A stretch of 64,000 nucleotides of DNA from Podarcis erhardii (lineage: Eukaryota), in NCBI GenBank assembly GCA_964252035.1, contig OZ176201.1, one strand, 5' to 3'. A program made the position numbers and the translations under genes. Each line of letters opens with the position of its first letter. The first letter of the stretch is position 1. Positions 63,408 through 64,000 of this stretch are shown in pieces. The notes beneath the pieces were generated by a model. That model saw only the letters and a list, made by a program, of their open reading frames with translations, searched no databases and was not told the origin of the DNA.

Positions 63408-64000
63408 CTGTAGATATTTCAACTCTAGCTACCTGAAATGGCTCCTGTCTTTCCATCCTGCCCTATACATTTTCATTAACTCTTTCTCCCCTCATCCTTC
63501 ACTTTTGAAAATACATGGTATACCTATAGGCTGATTCCAACAGGGTCTCATCTGATGCTGGTGCCAATTTGTTTAAATTGGCCTTACATTTTTGATAGCC
63601 ATTTCTAGCTACTTTTAACCATGCAGATTTACCATTCTAGTATTCTATGTTTCCTAGACAGTTTTCAGACTAGTCACTGATTAAAAGGAACAAGCTATAC
63701 TCAATTGTGCTATAATTATAATATTTGCTGTATAATAAAGAAATGCAGTTTTCTACCGGTGCAAGTGGATAACCATTTTGCAGCACACTGGTGGTTAAAG
63801 GATTAAGAACGGATTTTAAAGTGACAGCTCCAACTCCTATGCATGTTCTCCACATGAGGATTGCATTTCAGAGGCTTTGCTTCTCCTCAGGCATATTCCA
63901 TGTGCCACCTTCCCATGGCCCAGACATGGCAGTCATAGAAATAGTTTTAGATGCTGTGTGCTCTGCTTTTTAACATCAAGTTCTCAACCTAAATTTATGA

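Noticed and set aside
1-64000. Prokaryotic operon, CRISPR array, defence system or viral genes
   Set aside because: The sequence is an intron-exon vertebrate locus with SINEs and LINEs; no regularly spaced repeat-spacer array or dense ORF packing was seen.

Overview
Vertebrate genomic DNA, most likely from a lacertid lizard (inferred from Sauria-type SINEs and squamate MITEs). The whole window lies inside one + strand gene, filamin B (FLNB). It starts in intron 1 and ends in intron 42. Exons 2-42 (human numbering) can be traced by hand with a continuous reading frame and exon sizes matching human FLNB as I recall them, except a 6-nt longer hinge-1 exon. They encode CH1(part)/CH2 and Ig repeats 1 to about 22. 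Most entries of the ORF track are artefacts (intron read-through, antisense shadows, repeats). The most interesting content is hidden in the introns. (1) A 231-nt in-frame candidate exon at 57717-57947 whose peptide aligns colinearly with the Ig20 insertion usually considered unique to filamin C. (2) An 88-nt stop-containing poison-exon candidate at 18937-19024 behind a 119-nt AG-free pyrimidine tract. (3) A 93-nt cassette exon at 42446-42538. (4) QKI-type ACTAAC motifs abutting the hinge-1 and var-1 exon acceptors. (5) The Q/R A-to-I recoding codon at the end of exon 41 with a candidate complementary intronic sequence about 420 nt downstream. (6) A GC-AG intron. Introns also carry Sauria, tRNA- and MIR-like SINEs, CR1/L2/RTE fragments, TA-flanked and hAT MITEs (one nested), a candidate solo LTR and microsatellites. 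Comparisons with human FLNA/FLNB/FLNC come from memory and need alignment to confirm; no expression evidence is available.
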